Below, piece after piece: positions 48,576 to 59,233 of a stretch of DNA of 64,000 nt. Each line of letters opens with the position of its first letter. The first letter of the stretch is position 1. The notes beneath the pieces were generated by a model. It was not told where the DNA came from. It saw nothing but the letters and a program-made list of their open reading frames with translations, and did no database searches. The position numbers were made by a program, and so were the translations under genes. Origin of the DNA: an uncultured Spirochaetota bacterium (lineage in GTDB: Bacteria > Spirochaetota > Spirochaetia > SZUA-6 > Fen-1364); the NCBI GenBank assembly GCA_963781885.1, contig CAWAHW010000003.1:96001-160000 (forward strand), in the 5' to 3' direction.

Positions 48576-50189
48576 ATGTACAGGTTCCTGATGGTGGACG
48601 ACGAAGAAATCGTCCGCCGCGGCTTCCGACGCAAGATAGACTGGGCCAGCCTCGATTTCGAGTTCCTCGAGCCGTGTGAGAACGGGGAGCAGGCCATCGA
48701 GGCCATCGGGGCACTCCATCCCGATGCCGTCATGACGGATATCGCCATGCCCCACGTGGACGGGCTGGACGTCGCTGCCTGGGCCGCGGAGCACCACCCC
48801 GAAATCGTCATTTTGATTCTCTCGGGGTACGACGAGTTCGAATACGCCCAGAGGGCAATCAAGAGCAACGTCTTCGAATATGTGCTCAAGCCGGTAACCT
48901 CCCGGGATCTCACCGCACTGCTCGAAAGGCTGAAGGTGCGGCTGGATCACCTCCGGCGTTCCCGCGAGGAAACGAAGTCACTCGAGCTGCGGGCGGAAGC
49001 CGCATCGAGCTTTCTGAAGGCGCGGACCCTCCTCGACCTCGTGAGCGGCGCGGCGGACAAGATTCCCGATTCCCGGTTCCAGGAGGTCTTTGGCTTCCCG
49101 CCGCAGGGCCTGGCCGGTGCCGTGGTGATTGCGCAAGATGATCCCGCCGGCGAGGGAGAGCTCGACGTCTCGACCCGACTCCCGGCAGCGGCGGCGGAGG
49201 TAGCCGGCTCGGCCCGCCGCGTGTTCTGCTTTTCTCCCGGTGAAGGGCGGGAGGCCATCCTGATCCTGGAGCAGGATACCCTCTCCTGCGACCGCCTGGC
49301 TTCCGCGATCGCCGCACGGGCGGCGGCCCCCGTCGGCCCGGCGCCGTCCGCGGTTCGCGTTCCGATCGTCGGAATGGGTCGGCCGTACGAATCGTGGCGT
49401 GACGCGGCCCGAAGCTTCGCGGAGGCGGTCGCCGCCCTTTCCTACAGGCTCGTTTCGCCGCCGGGGGGAGTCTTTCGCTACGGGAGGGAGCGGGAGGACG
49501 ACCCGCAGACCCTCGAAGGTCTTGCCGAACAGCGAGAGCGCACCTGCCGCGCCACGGTCGCCGGTGAGACGGTGGAAGCGGAAAACCATTCAGCCGCTTT
49601 CGCGGCGCTGCTGCGGGAGGGCGGCATCTCTGCCCACCGCGTGCGGCACGAGATCGAGGCGCTGTTTGCCGCCGTCCTGGACGCGTTGCGGGACCTTGGC
49701 GTCTCCTCGTCAGCCGTGGCCCAGGACCTCCGGCTGGACCCCGATCTCGCCGTGCAGCGACTGCGCACGTCAGAGGACGTGACGGCGCTCCTCGTGCGGT
49801 TGGCGACCTACGCGGGCTCGATCCTCGATGGGCGCAACCTTCCCGCCCCGGAATGGAAGGTGCGCGACTTCAAGGACTACGTGGCCCGGCACTATGGGGA
49901 GCGGGCGCTCTCGGTGCAGACCATCGCCGCGAGCCTCTCCATCAGCGCGAGCTACCTCTCCAAGCTGATCAAGCGCCACCTGGACCGAAGTGTGGTAGAC
50001 TATCTCATCGACTACCGCATGGAGCGCGCCAAGGAGCTTCTCTCAACCTCCGACCTGATGACGTACGAGATCGCGGAAGCAACGGGCTACCCTGACGCGC
50101 AGTACTTCAGCACCGTGTTCAAGCGGCACATCGGGATCACCCCGACGGAGTTCCGGGCCCGGCGGAGAGGCAAGATCTCGCGCCCATGA
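48576..50189 (+). CDS. YesN-type response regulator (receiver plus AraC)
   Basis: VDDE, TDIAMP, LSGYDEFEYA, YVLKP, C-terminal AraC HTH. Confidence 0.93.
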   Translation: MYRFLMVDDEEIVRRGFRRKIDWASLDFEFLEPCENGEQAIEAIGALHPDAVMTDIAMPHVDGLDVAAWAAEHHPEIVILILSGYDEFEYAQRAIKSNVFEYVLKPVTSRDLTALLERLKVRLDHLRRSREETKSLELRAEAASSFLKARTLLDLVSGAADKIPDSRFQEVFGFPPQGLAGAVVIAQDDPAGEGELDVSTRLPAAAAEVAGSARRVFCFSPGEGREAILILEQDTLSCDRLASAIAARAAAPVGPAPSAVRVPIVGMGRPYESWRDAARSFAEAVAALSYRLVSPPGGVFRYGREREDDPQTLEGLAEQRERTCRATVAGETVEAENHSAAFAALLREGGISAHRVRHEIEALFAAVLDALRDLGVSSSAVAQDLRLDPDLAVQRLRTSEDVTALLVRLATYAGSILDGRNLPAPEWKVRDFKDYVARHYGERALSVQTIAASLSISASYLSKLIKRHLDRSVVDYLIDYRMERAKELLSTSDLMTYEIAEATGYPDAQYFSTVFKRHIGITPTEFRARRRGKISRP

Positions 50190-51937
50190 AGATCCGCCGC
50201 ATCCAGGACACCCTGATCCGCGCCATCGCCACACTCATCGTGGTCGCCCTGGTCCTGCTTGGGACGCTGTCGTACTACTACCTTCACAAGATCCTCATCC
50301 AGAACGCGGAGGAAGGGACGATGCAGCTGGTGAGCCAGCTGAACCGCATCATCGAGAACTACATCAGCTACATGGACGACATCGCCCTGATGGCCATCAA
50401 CAACACGGACGTGAGGGAGTTCATGTCACGCCCTCGCGCGGATTCTCCCCAGCTGCGCGCGAAGATCGAAGCCACGTTCGAGTCCCTCCGGGCCGTCCGC
50501 CGCGACATCGATTCCGTGTTCGTCATCACCCGGGACGGGCGCGCCATCGCCGCGACCACCGGGCGCGCGTTGAATCCCACGGTGGACCTCCGGCAGCGGT
50601 TCCTGGAGCTGGAGGCCGGGGTCGTTCCGGACCGGCCGTCGGTGTCTTCCGCCCACGTGGAAAACCTCGTGGATTACCGTTATCCCTGGGTGATCTCCCT
50701 GGTTCGCGTCTTGCCGGTCGGACCCGGAGAGCAGAGCCCCGGGCTCATCCAGGTGGACCTCAACTACGACATCATTGCGCGCCTGTGCAAGGACATCCAG
50801 CTGGGCACCTCCGGGTACGTTTTCATCCTGAGCCGCGGCGGAGACATCGTGTATCACCCGCGGCAGCAGCTCATCTACGGGAACCTCAAGTCGGAGCGGA
50901 TCGCGGAAATCATGGCCCTCCATGGCGGGAACCTCAACGCCGTGGTGGACGGCCGGGCGATCCTCTACACCGTTGTGAGCTCGAAGGACACGGGCTGGGA
51001 CGTCGTTGCCGTCTCCTACCTGGACGAGCTGTTCCGCGCCAGCCGGCAGGCGGAGTACGTCTTCCTCATGCTCTCGCTGCTCGTCCTCGTCGGGGCCATC
51101 GCCGCCGCAATGGCGATCTCGTCGAACATCTCCCGGCCGATCGAGAGCCTGCGGCACTCGATGCAGGCCGTGGAGAGCGGCAACTTCGACATCGACATCA
51201 CCGTCAATGCGCGCAACGAAATGTACCAGCTCGCGCGGGATTGCGACATCGCGGTGAAGAAGGTGCGCGACCTCATCGAGCAGAACCGCCGCGAGCAGGA
51301 GATCAAGCGGAAGCTGGAGCTGCGGGCGCTGCAGGCGCAGATCAACCCCCATTTCCTCTACAACACGCTGGACTCGATCATCTGGATGATCGAGCTCGGC
51401 GAAACCGAGCGGGCCATCGACATGACCTCCTCCCTGGCCCGGTTCTTCCGCATCGGAATCAGCCGCGGAGAGGAGACCATCAGCGTCCGCACGGAGATGG
51501 AGTACATGCAGACGTACCTGGAGATCCAGAAGCAGCGCTACAAGGACAAGCTCTCCTATGAGATCGCCTTCTCGCCGGATCTCTACGATTCCCAGATCCT
51601 CAAGCTCCTTCTGCAGCCGCTGGTGGAGAACGCCATTTACCATGGGATCAAGAACATCGCGGGGCCCGGGCTCATCCGGATTGACGGCGTGCGCGACGGG
51701 GAGTCAATGGTGATCCGCATCAGCGACAACGGCGTGGGGATGGCTCCCGATCAGCTCGCGGCGCTCCGCGAGGGGGTGATCGAGCCCCGTCCGACCAACG
51801 GCGTGGGGGTGCGCAACGTGCAGGAACGCATTCACGTCTACTTCGGGCTGGAGTACGGCGTGAGCTTCGAGAGCACGCCCGGGGCCGGTACGGTGGCAAC
51901 GGTCCGCATCCCGGTGAGCGCGGGGAGCGCAACGTGA
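50186..51937 (+). CDS. YesM-type sensor histidine kinase (Cache/HAMP)
   Basis: LQAQINPHFLYNTL, LQPLVENAIYHG, DNGVG. Confidence 0.95.
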   Translation: MKIRRIQDTLIRAIATLIVVALVLLGTLSYYYLHKILIQNAEEGTMQLVSQLNRIIENYISYMDDIALMAINNTDVREFMSRPRADSPQLRAKIEATFESLRAVRRDIDSVFVITRDGRAIAATTGRALNPTVDLRQRFLELEAGVVPDRPSVSSAHVENLVDYRYPWVISLVRVLPVGPGEQSPGLIQVDLNYDIIARLCKDIQLGTSGYVFILSRGGDIVYHPRQQLIYGNLKSERIAEIMALHGGNLNAVVDGRAILYTVVSSKDTGWDVVAVSYLDELFRASRQAEYVFLMLSLLVLVGAIAAAMAISSNISRPIESLRHSMQAVESGNFDIDITVNARNEMYQLARDCDIAVKKVRDLIEQNRREQEIKRKLELRALQAQINPHFLYNTLDSIIWMIELGETERAIDMTSSLARFFRIGISRGEETISVRTEMEYMQTYLEIQKQRYKDKLSYEIAFSPDLYDSQILKLLLQPLVENAIYHGIKNIAGPGLIRIDGVRDGESMVIRISDNGVGMAPDQLAALREGVIEPRPTNGVGVRNVQERIHVYFGLEYGVSFESTPGAGTVATVRIPVSAGSAT

Positions 51938-52926
51938 GGAGCCGGTCCGTCCTGTTCCTGCTCGCGGCGGCGGTCCTTGCCGCCGCTTCGCTCACCATCC
52001 TGTACCACGGGGCTCGTCTTCTCAACCCCGTCTCCGCCGCGACACGACGTGTGATCGTCATCTTCAAGACCGTCGACTACCGCACCACGCCGTTCTGGGG
52101 CAACGTGCGGGATGGCGTGGTGTCCGCCGGCGAGGACCTGGGCATGACGGTGCAGATTCGGGGACCGACCCTCGAAACCGACATCGCGGGCCAGATCGAC
52201 ATCGTGCGCCAGGCCATTCGTGAAAAGCCCGACGCCATTGTCCTGGCCGCCGCGGACTACAACCTGCTCGTGCCGTTGGCGCGGGAGATCAAGCGCCAGG
52301 GCATCCCCCTTGTCTGCATAGACTCATTCATCAATTCCGATGATGCCGACACGCGGATCGGCACGGACAGCTACGAGGGCGGCCAGAAATGCGCGGCGGC
52401 CCTGATGCGCTATGTGAAGCCCGGCGACCTGGTCGCGGTCATGAGCTACGTGAAGGGCAGCTCGACGGCCATCGACCGCGAGTCCGGAACCCGTGACTAC
52501 CTGGACGGCAAGGTCAGGATCCTCGACACGCTGTACAGCAACGCGGATGCAAAGCTCGCCTATTCCCAGGCGGCCCGATTGATCGCCGATACTCCGCAGC
52601 TTCGCGGGATCGTCGCATTGAACGACCCCACCGCCAGCGGGGCGGCCCGCGCCCTGGATGAATCGGGCAAGGCAGGCTCCATCGCGCTCGTCGGCTTCGA
52701 CAATTCACTCCTGGTGCTGCGCGATGTGGAGAGGGGCATCATCCGCGACACCGTTGTGCAGAAGCCGTTCAACATGGGGTACCTCGGGATCACGACGGCG
52801 CGGGACCTCATCATGCGCCGCAAGCCCGCAAAGTTCATCAACACGGGCTCGGTCGACATCTCCCGGCTCAACATGTTCCAGCCGGAGAACCAGAAGCTGC
52901 TATTTCCCGTCACCGAAGGACAGTAG
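51934..52926 (+). CDS. Sugar-binding periplasmic protein, probably a sensory partner of the kinase
   Basis: N-terminal anchor, PFW, GTDS, VGFD, VVQKPFNMGY; overlaps the kinase stop (GTGA). Confidence 0.88.
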   Translation: MRSRSVLFLLAAAVLAAASLTILYHGARLLNPVSAATRRVIVIFKTVDYRTTPFWGNVRDGVVSAGEDLGMTVQIRGPTLETDIAGQIDIVRQAIREKPDAIVLAAADYNLLVPLAREIKRQGIPLVCIDSFINSDDADTRIGTDSYEGGQKCAAALMRYVKPGDLVAVMSYVKGSSTAIDRESGTRDYLDGKVRILDTLYSNADAKLAYSQAARLIADTPQLRGIVALNDPTASGAARALDESGKAGSIALVGFDNSLLVLRDVERGIIRDTVVQKPFNMGYLGITTARDLIMRRKPAKFINTGSVDISRLNMFQPENQKLLFPVTEGQ

Positions 52927-52983
52927 CCGCGGCCCCGGCCGCCCTGCCCGTGCGCAAAAACCCCGCCATGCTATACTCCCTCC

Positions 52984-54345
52984 ATGGGATTTACTTCACA
53001 ACGTGCCCGGACCGCCCGGACAAGGACTGCCGCCCGGCTCGCTCTGGCCTTCGGACTCTCCTGCTGCCTGGCGGCGTGTGGGGCCTGGAAGGGCCCATCT
53101 CCCGTTGCCAGCTCGCCCCGGAAGATCCAGGTGATGGCGTCAGACGGCTGGATCTACGATGTCATGGGGGAGAACGCGAAGCGGTTCGAGAAGGAGACCG
53201 GAATCAAGGTCTCATTCTCGATCTACGCGCCGCACGTGTACTTCCGTGCGCTCCAGACGATGCTCGCCTCCGGTGAGGCAGCCGACATTTTTCTCATGCA
53301 GTCCACGCGGTGGTACCTGGGCAGCGAGATCGATCCCGGGAAGTGGTGCATCGACCTGACGTCGGAGGAATGGACGAAACGCCTGAAGCCGGAATGGCTT
53401 CCTGCCGTCTCGTACAAGGGACGGGTCTACGGCCTCATCGTGTGGGACGACACCCTGGGATGGGTCTATACCTACAACGACAGGATCTTCCAGCGGCTGG
53501 GTCTCTCGGCGCCGCGGACATATGAGGAGTTCATGGCCGTCTGCGAGCGGATCAAGCGGGCGGGCATCGTTCCCATCTACGAACCCGGGGCCAGCCGATG
53601 GCACACGTCCCTTACCTTTTTCGAGATGGGCGCCACTTTCGAGGAGCGGGACCCCGGACTCTACGAGCGGCTCAACACGAACCGGTTGAAGTTCGCCGAC
53701 TACGCGCCGTTCCACCAGGCGCTCGGCCAGATTCTTTCCGCGGCCAATCGCGGCTTCTTCGGCAGCGACTTCATGGCGGACACGATCGAAGGGTCGAAGA
53801 CCGCTCTCCTCTCGGGCGCCGCCGCCATGACGCTGAACAAGATCGGGTTTGCCCGAAGCGTTCTGAAGACCAACCCCGACTCCGGTGCCCAGACTTGGGG
53901 GATGTTTCCCATCCCCTGGCTGGACAACAGCACGGTGAGCATCGAGCGCTCGGCGCCCACGTGGTTTGGGAACGCGAAAAGCCGGGACCGCGCGGCGGTT
54001 CTCGAGTTCTTCCGGTTCCTGACCCGTGATGACAATCTCTACCGGTACGCCAGCGAGCAACCGGAAGGCATCAGCCTGTCGTTCCCCACGCGTCCCGTGC
54101 CTCTCCTGCCGAACGAACAGGCGTTCGTTGGCGCGGCTCGGCTCGGCGGGGAGCCGTTCCAGGGCGGGGTCAAGTACATCATGACGCAGTGGATGGAAAT
54201 CGAGGCCGATTTCGAGTCGATGCTCGCCGGAGCGATGAGCCCCTCCGGTTTCCTGTCGGCCGTCGATGTGCGGAGGGCCAACATGGCAGCCGCAGCCCGG
54301 GATCCTGCGTGGCCGCCGCCTCTCACCGGCGCATCGAGTCCCTGA
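52984..54345 (+). CDS. Extracellular solute-binding lipoprotein (family 1) with no adjacent permease
   Basis: Lipobox LAAC, FEKETGIKV, GRVYGL, YNDRIF..LG...PRTYEEF. Confidence 0.85.
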   Translation: MGFTSQRARTARTRTAARLALAFGLSCCLAACGAWKGPSPVASSPRKIQVMASDGWIYDVMGENAKRFEKETGIKVSFSIYAPHVYFRALQTMLASGEAADIFLMQSTRWYLGSEIDPGKWCIDLTSEEWTKRLKPEWLPAVSYKGRVYGLIVWDDTLGWVYTYNDRIFQRLGLSAPRTYEEFMAVCERIKRAGIVPIYEPGASRWHTSLTFFEMGATFEERDPGLYERLNTNRLKFADYAPFHQALGQILSAANRGFFGSDFMADTIEGSKTALLSGAAAMTLNKIGFARSVLKTNPDSGAQTWGMFPIPWLDNSTVSIERSAPTWFGNAKSRDRAAVLEFFRFLTRDDNLYRYASEQPEGISLSFPTRPVPLLPNEQAFVGAARLGGEPFQGGVKYIMTQWMEIEADFESMLAGAMSPSGFLSAVDVRRANMAAAARDPAWPPPLTGASSP

Positions 54346-55087
54346 ATGCGGTGGGGTTCTGCCCGGTTTCCTTCTTGAACAGGCGGGAGAAATAAAGAGC
54401 GTCCTCGTATCCCACCGCCGCGGCGACCTGCTTGACCTCCATCAGCGGGTGCCCCACGAGCAGACGCTTCGCCTTCTCGATCCTCAGGCGGATCAGGTCC
54501 TGTGTCGGGGTGCATCCCTTGATTCGGCGGTAGAGCCGCAGCAGGTAGGCGGCCTTGCACCCGAACCCCGCGGCCAGCCGCTCCAGCGAATAGGGCAGGC
54601 GGTAGTTCTCCTTGAGATACAGCTCGACCGAGTCCGCCAGGTCCTGCTCCCGGGATCCGATTCGGTCCAGTCCGAACTCCGCGTCGACCGATCCCGCCGA
54701 AGCCTCCAGCCGGATGCGGATTTTGCGGAGGGTCTCCTGCAGCGCGGGGACCTCGACGGGCTTGAGGATGTAGTCGTCCACGCCGAGCTCGATGGCCCGA
54801 CGGGCATACTCGAACTCGCTGTACCCCGAGACGATCAGGATCCGGAGGTCCGGGTTGGTCCTTCGGATCCGCTCCACCAGCTCAAGCCCCCCAAGGACCG
54901 GCATCTTGATGTCGGTGATCAACAGGTCCGGAAGGTACCGCTCCACGAGCTCCACGGCTTCTTCCCCGTCCGCCGCGGTCCCGGCGCATTCGAGATTCGG
55001 GTCCAGCTCGGCGGTCTTGCGCGCCAGGTAGTCGCGCATCCGCTCCTCGTCCTCCGCGACGACGAACGTAAGCTTCCGGTCAGCCAC
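54323..55087 (-). CDS. YesN-type response regulator
   Basis: VAEDE, TDIKMP, SGYSEFEYA, YILKP, AraC HTH. Confidence 0.93.
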   Translation of the reverse strand: MADRKLTFVVAEDEERMRDYLARKTAELDPNLECAGTAADGEEAVELVERYLPDLLITDIKMPVLGGLELVERIRRTNPDLRILIVSGYSEFEYARRAIELGVDDYILKPVEVPALQETLRKIRIRLEASAGSVDAEFGLDRIGSREQDLADSVELYLKENYRLPYSLERLAAGFGCKAAYLLRLYRRIKGCTPTQDLIRLRIEKAKRLLVGHPLMEVKQVAAAVGYEDALYFSRLFKKETGQNPTAFRDSMRR

Positions 55088-56900
55088 GGAGCCCGGCCCC
55101 CATCGCGATGCGCGCTCCTCCACCAGGACGGTTGCCGAGGCTGAAGGCGACCTCGCTTCCGTATGCGAGCCTCAGCCGCTCGTAAGAATTGATGATTCCC
55201 ATCCCTGAGATCGACATGCCGGAACGCCCGTTTCCACCGCCCGGGCGGGCGGCAATCCGCTGGGAAATCCTTTTCAGCGTCTCATCGGAGAACCCGGGTC
55301 CATTGTCGAGGATCTCCATCGACCACCGCCCGTCCACGCAGGCGCCGCGCAGCTCGATGCACCAGGGAGGCCGCACCGACGTCGCGTATTTGAAACAGTT
55401 CTCGATGAACGGCTGCAGGATCAGCCGGGGCACGACGATCTGCCCCATTTCAGGTGAGACGTCGATGCGGTATTGGAGGCTCCCGCCGAACCTCGCCCGC
55501 ATGGCAGCGAGATAGCTCTCCGCGTATCCTATCTCGGTTCCCAGGGTCGCCGTCGTTCCCTCGGTGGACGACACGTAGCGCAGCACCCTCGCCAGGTTGA
55601 GGATCAGCTCCTGGATGGCGGGTGACGAGCCCTCCTCCGCCATGATGCCGATGGTCTGCAGCATGTTGTGGATGAAGTGCGGGTTGATCTGCGCCTGCAG
55701 CGCGACCAGCTGGGCTTCTTTCTCGTGCGCGCGCAGGGACACGGCCTCCTGGAGCGATTCGTTGAGCTTCCGTCGCATGTCACGGAAGGCCAGCCGCAGC
55801 TCATCGATCTCCCCCAGGACCGTCATGTGCGTGCCCGCCCCGCTCTCTTCGAGGTTTCCCAGGTCGAGCGCCTCGATCTCTGCGTGGAGGGCCTTGAGAG
55901 GCACGGTGACCCGGCGGGCAATGAAGTATGAGGCCCCCAGGGAGCAGGCGATCGCGATCAGCGCGAGAAGGCCGATCCGCAAGGCGTATTGGAGCACGCT
56001 CGCCGCAAGACCGCCCGGGAGCGCACCGATCAGGAGCGTCCACCCGGTGTCCTGCGACGTGGCCACCGCGAAGATGCGAGGCTCATGCGTCCCGGGAAGG
56101 ACGCCGGTCACGATGGGTCGGCGTGAGGCCTGCGCGGCAAGCGCACGGAAGACGGCAGGGTCCGCGGCGGTCCCGTCGTATGGATACAACTGGTTCCAAT
56201 CCGCGTCGAAAAGGGCGAACGACCCCGATGTGCCGCTCAACAGATCCAGCTCTCCGAACAGCGTGTCGCAATACTGCTCCACCTCGATGATCCCCTGCGT
56301 CGACAGCATGGCGTCCTGGAAGCTTCTGATGAGCGATATGTAGCGCTTGTCCTTGACGATGACCGAGGTTTCCTCAAGAAGCGGATCCGCGTGGGGAGGG
56401 AGAATCAGCCGTTCCCCACCGGATCGGAGGACCCGCGCGTACCACGGCTCCCGGGATACGTCCCGCTCGATGAGGCGGCTGTAGTACCCCGCGCCGATCA
56501 TCTCTCCCCGCAGATCGTAGACGTTGGCCTGGGGTGCCGAGCGGTTCGGGCCCAGGATCGTCTCGCTGATCTCGATCAGCGATTCCGTGTTCTCCAGCTT
56601 CCCGATCCTCTGCTCCGGCGTGGCGGGGTTGCGTGGAAGGGCGAGGTGCCGGGCGAACAGACCCTGAAAGACCTGGGAGTAGACCATCGTCAGGCTCAGG
56701 CGGTCCATCTCGGTCACCTGGGCGTCGAGGTTTGTTATGACGGACCGGCAGAGCGTGTTTAGCGCGTCGGCGAACCTCTCCCGGGCGACGCCCGCCGCGT
56801 AGTCGTACACCACGAGAGAAAACCCGACGAGCACGCAGACGAGGACCAGCGAAACGGCGAGGAAGATGGATCTGCGGACCGTGCTGCGGCGGTGTTTCAC
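55080..56900 (-). CDS. YesM-type sensor histidine kinase
   Basis: LQAQINPHFIHNML, LQPFIEN, DNGPGF; two TM segments. Confidence 0.93.
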   Translation of the reverse strand: MKHRRSTVRRSIFLAVSLVLVCVLVGFSLVVYDYAAGVARERFADALNTLCRSVITNLDAQVTEMDRLSLTMVYSQVFQGLFARHLALPRNPATPEQRIGKLENTESLIEISETILGPNRSAPQANVYDLRGEMIGAGYYSRLIERDVSREPWYARVLRSGGERLILPPHADPLLEETSVIVKDKRYISLIRSFQDAMLSTQGIIEVEQYCDTLFGELDLLSGTSGSFALFDADWNQLYPYDGTAADPAVFRALAAQASRRPIVTGVLPGTHEPRIFAVATSQDTGWTLLIGALPGGLAASVLQYALRIGLLALIAIACSLGASYFIARRVTVPLKALHAEIEALDLGNLEESGAGTHMTVLGEIDELRLAFRDMRRKLNESLQEAVSLRAHEKEAQLVALQAQINPHFIHNMLQTIGIMAEEGSSPAIQELILNLARVLRYVSSTEGTTATLGTEIGYAESYLAAMRARFGGSLQYRIDVSPEMGQIVVPRLILQPFIENCFKYATSVRPPWCIELRGACVDGRWSMEILDNGPGFSDETLKRISQRIAARPGGGNGRSGMSISGMGIINSYERLRLAYGSEVAFSLGNRPGGGARIAMGAGLRG

Positions 56901-57013
56901 GGCCGCATGGTACCACGGAATTTATTCCATGTCCTTGCGCAATCCAGTCCATTTACGCCACCGGGAGGCTGCCAGATACTGCCGGGGACTCAATACGCTC
57001 GAAGGAGGTATTC

Positions 57014-58294
57014 ATGACCAAACGACTGATTCTCTGTCTCGCCCTTGTTGCACTTTGCGCAGCGTTCGGATTCGCGAACGGCACAAGCGAAGCCTCTTCC
57101 CAGGGACCGGTGACCCTTACTGTCTGGGACTTCAAGTACGGGCCCAGCGATGCCCAGAAGCCCATGCAGCAGATCGACGCCTTGTTCCAGCAGAAGTACC
57201 CCGGCGTCACGATCAACCACATCGCGCAGCCCGGCGAGCCCCAGTACTACCAGATCATCCAGGCGGCCGCCAGCGCCAACCAGGGACCGGACGTGGCCAT
57301 GTTCCACCCCGGAGCCCGTGAGTACGGGTTTGGCGACATTCTCATCGATCTGACCCCCTACATCCAGGACATCAAGAGCCAGTTCACGCCCGCGAGCATC
57401 GCCATGGTCTCCATGGACGGCAAGGTCGGCGCGCCGATCAAGGTCCTGCCCATGACCATGCAGGGCTTCGGCATCTACTACAATAAGGCCTACTTCAAGA
57501 AGGCGGGCCTGGATCCCGAGCAGGCTCCCAAGACCGCGGCGCAGTTCCTGGCGGCATGTGACAAGCTGCAGGCGGCCGGGATCGTTCCCATCGCGGTCGG
57601 CCAGACCTATTCGATCGACTTCCTCCTCCGCTGCCTCGTCGCGAACGCCTTCGGGCCGAACGTCGCGGGCCTCAAGGATGGATCCGTGACGTACTCGGAC
57701 CCGCTGTTCCGCGAGAGCGTCGAGTTCGTCAAGACGCTCGTGGACAAGGGGTACCTGGAAAAAGACGGCTTCTCCCGGCCCTACTTCATGGACGGGATCA
57801 ACAACTTCGCCGCGGGAAACGGTGGCATGTTCATCGGGCTTCTGTCTGACGTCGGCAACTGGAAGGCGTTCTGCGACAAGCTCGGGGCCGACAATGTCGG
57901 ATATTTCCCCACCATCAACTTCCCCGACGGCAAGTACAAGGACCAGCAGGTGGCCCAGGGCGCGGGCATCGGCTACGGCGTCATGACCTGGTCGAAGAAC
58001 CCGAAGGTGGGCGCCGCCTACGCGAAGTTCTACACAACCGGGGACGGGGCGCGCATCTACGCCAGCGCCACCGGGGCGCTGTCGCCCAATTCGGCCGTGC
58101 CCGCCTCGACCGACTATCCCCTTCTCACGACCATCCAGAAGTACCTCAAGGGAGGATTGGCTCTGGACTACCTCCCGATGTTCTACAACGGCTACGAGGA
58201 TGACGCGAACCGGCTGTGCGACCAGATGTTCGTCACCGGTCAGCTGACGACGGACCAGTTCATCACCGCGTACCAGAAGCTCATCACGAAATAG
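57014..58294 (+). CDS. Oligosaccharide ABC substrate-binding protein
   Basis: Signal peptide ...FANG, VTLTVW, GIYYNK.YF.KAG; AAGGAGGT ribosome-binding site. Confidence 0.9.
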   Translation: MTKRLILCLALVALCAAFGFANGTSEASSQGPVTLTVWDFKYGPSDAQKPMQQIDALFQQKYPGVTINHIAQPGEPQYYQIIQAAASANQGPDVAMFHPGAREYGFGDILIDLTPYIQDIKSQFTPASIAMVSMDGKVGAPIKVLPMTMQGFGIYYNKAYFKKAGLDPEQAPKTAAQFLAACDKLQAAGIVPIAVGQTYSIDFLLRCLVANAFGPNVAGLKDGSVTYSDPLFRESVEFVKTLVDKGYLEKDGFSRPYFMDGINNFAAGNGGMFIGLLSDVGNWKAFCDKLGADNVGYFPTINFPDGKYKDQQVAQGAGIGYGVMTWSKNPKVGAAYAKFYTTGDGARIYASATGALSPNSAVPASTDYPLLTTIQKYLKGGLALDYLPMFYNGYEDDANRLCDQMFVTGQLTTDQFITAYQKLITK

Positions 58295-58307
58295 AGCTCC
58301 TTCATGA

Positions 58308-58332
58308 AGGACGGGGCGTTCTGCCCCGTCCT
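58308..58332 (+). terminator. Intercistronic hairpin after the binding-protein gene
   Basis: AGGACGGGGC-GTTCT-GCCCCGTCCT, perfect 10-bp stem with no U-tract. Confidence 0.55.
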
Positions 58333-58357
58333 CTCTATTCCACTCTACGGAGCTGCC

Positions 58358-59233
58358 ATGCGTCATCGTAGTCTCGAAAGAGACGGAATCGCCCCTTACA
58401 TTTTCCTTTTGCCGCTGCTGGTGCTCCTTGCCGCTTTCATCCTCTATCCCGTCGTCATGAACCTGGTCGCGAGCTTCACCGAGTGGAAGGGCTACGGGCC
58501 CATGAAATGGACAGGCCTGTCCAACTACCGCACCATGCTCAAGGACCAGGCGTTCTGGACGTCCATCTGGAATACCGGCATCCTGGTCTGCTACATCCCG
58601 TTGAGCATGGTCGTGACCGTGTTCGTTGCCGCGCTCCTGCGCGAAGGCCTCCGAGGCTGGAAGGCGTACCGCGCCATCCTCTACATCCCCAACCTGCTGG
58701 GGCCGGTCATCATCGGCGTGGTCTTCTCCATCTACCTCCGGGATGACGGGTCGCTCAACCTCCTGATCAAGTGGGCCGGTGGGTCGACCGTGCGCTTTCT
58801 CACGTCCCCCTCCATCGCCATCAATTCGGTCGGCATGGTCCAGGTGGTCTGGGTGCATCTCGGGTTCGGTCTCATCTACTTCCTGGCCGCCATGAACGGC
58901 ATCGACCAGGGAGTCTACGAGGCGGCGCTCATCGATGGAGCGGGATTCTTCCGGACGCTGTGGAGCGTCACGATACCGAGCATACGCTTCGCGATTGAGT
59001 TCTGGGTGGTATTCAGCTTCATCGAGGTATTCGCCCGCATGTTCAGCTACATCTACACCCTCACCCGCGGCGGGCCCGGATTCGGCACGTTCACGCTGGA
59101 ATATGGCATTTTCGCCCAGGGATTCGAGAAGTTCCAGGCAGGGTACTCCAGCGCGTGGTCCGCGGTCCTGTTTATTTTCTGCGCCGCCATTTCGATCGCG
59201 CAAATACGCCTGATGCGAAAGAGAAGCCCATGA
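58358..59233 (+). CDS. Carbohydrate ABC permease
   Basis: WTGLSNY, YEAALIDGA, TRGGPG. Confidence 0.93.
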   Translation: MRHRSLERDGIAPYIFLLPLLVLLAAFILYPVVMNLVASFTEWKGYGPMKWTGLSNYRTMLKDQAFWTSIWNTGILVCYIPLSMVVTVFVAALLREGLRGWKAYRAILYIPNLLGPVIIGVVFSIYLRDDGSLNLLIKWAGGSTVRFLTSPSIAINSVGMVQVVWVHLGFGLIYFLAAMNGIDQGVYEAALIDGAGFFRTLWSVTIPSIRFAIEFWVVFSFIEVFARMFSYIYTLTRGGPGFGTFTLEYGIFAQGFEKFQAGYSSAWSAVLFIFCAAISIAQIRLMRKRSP

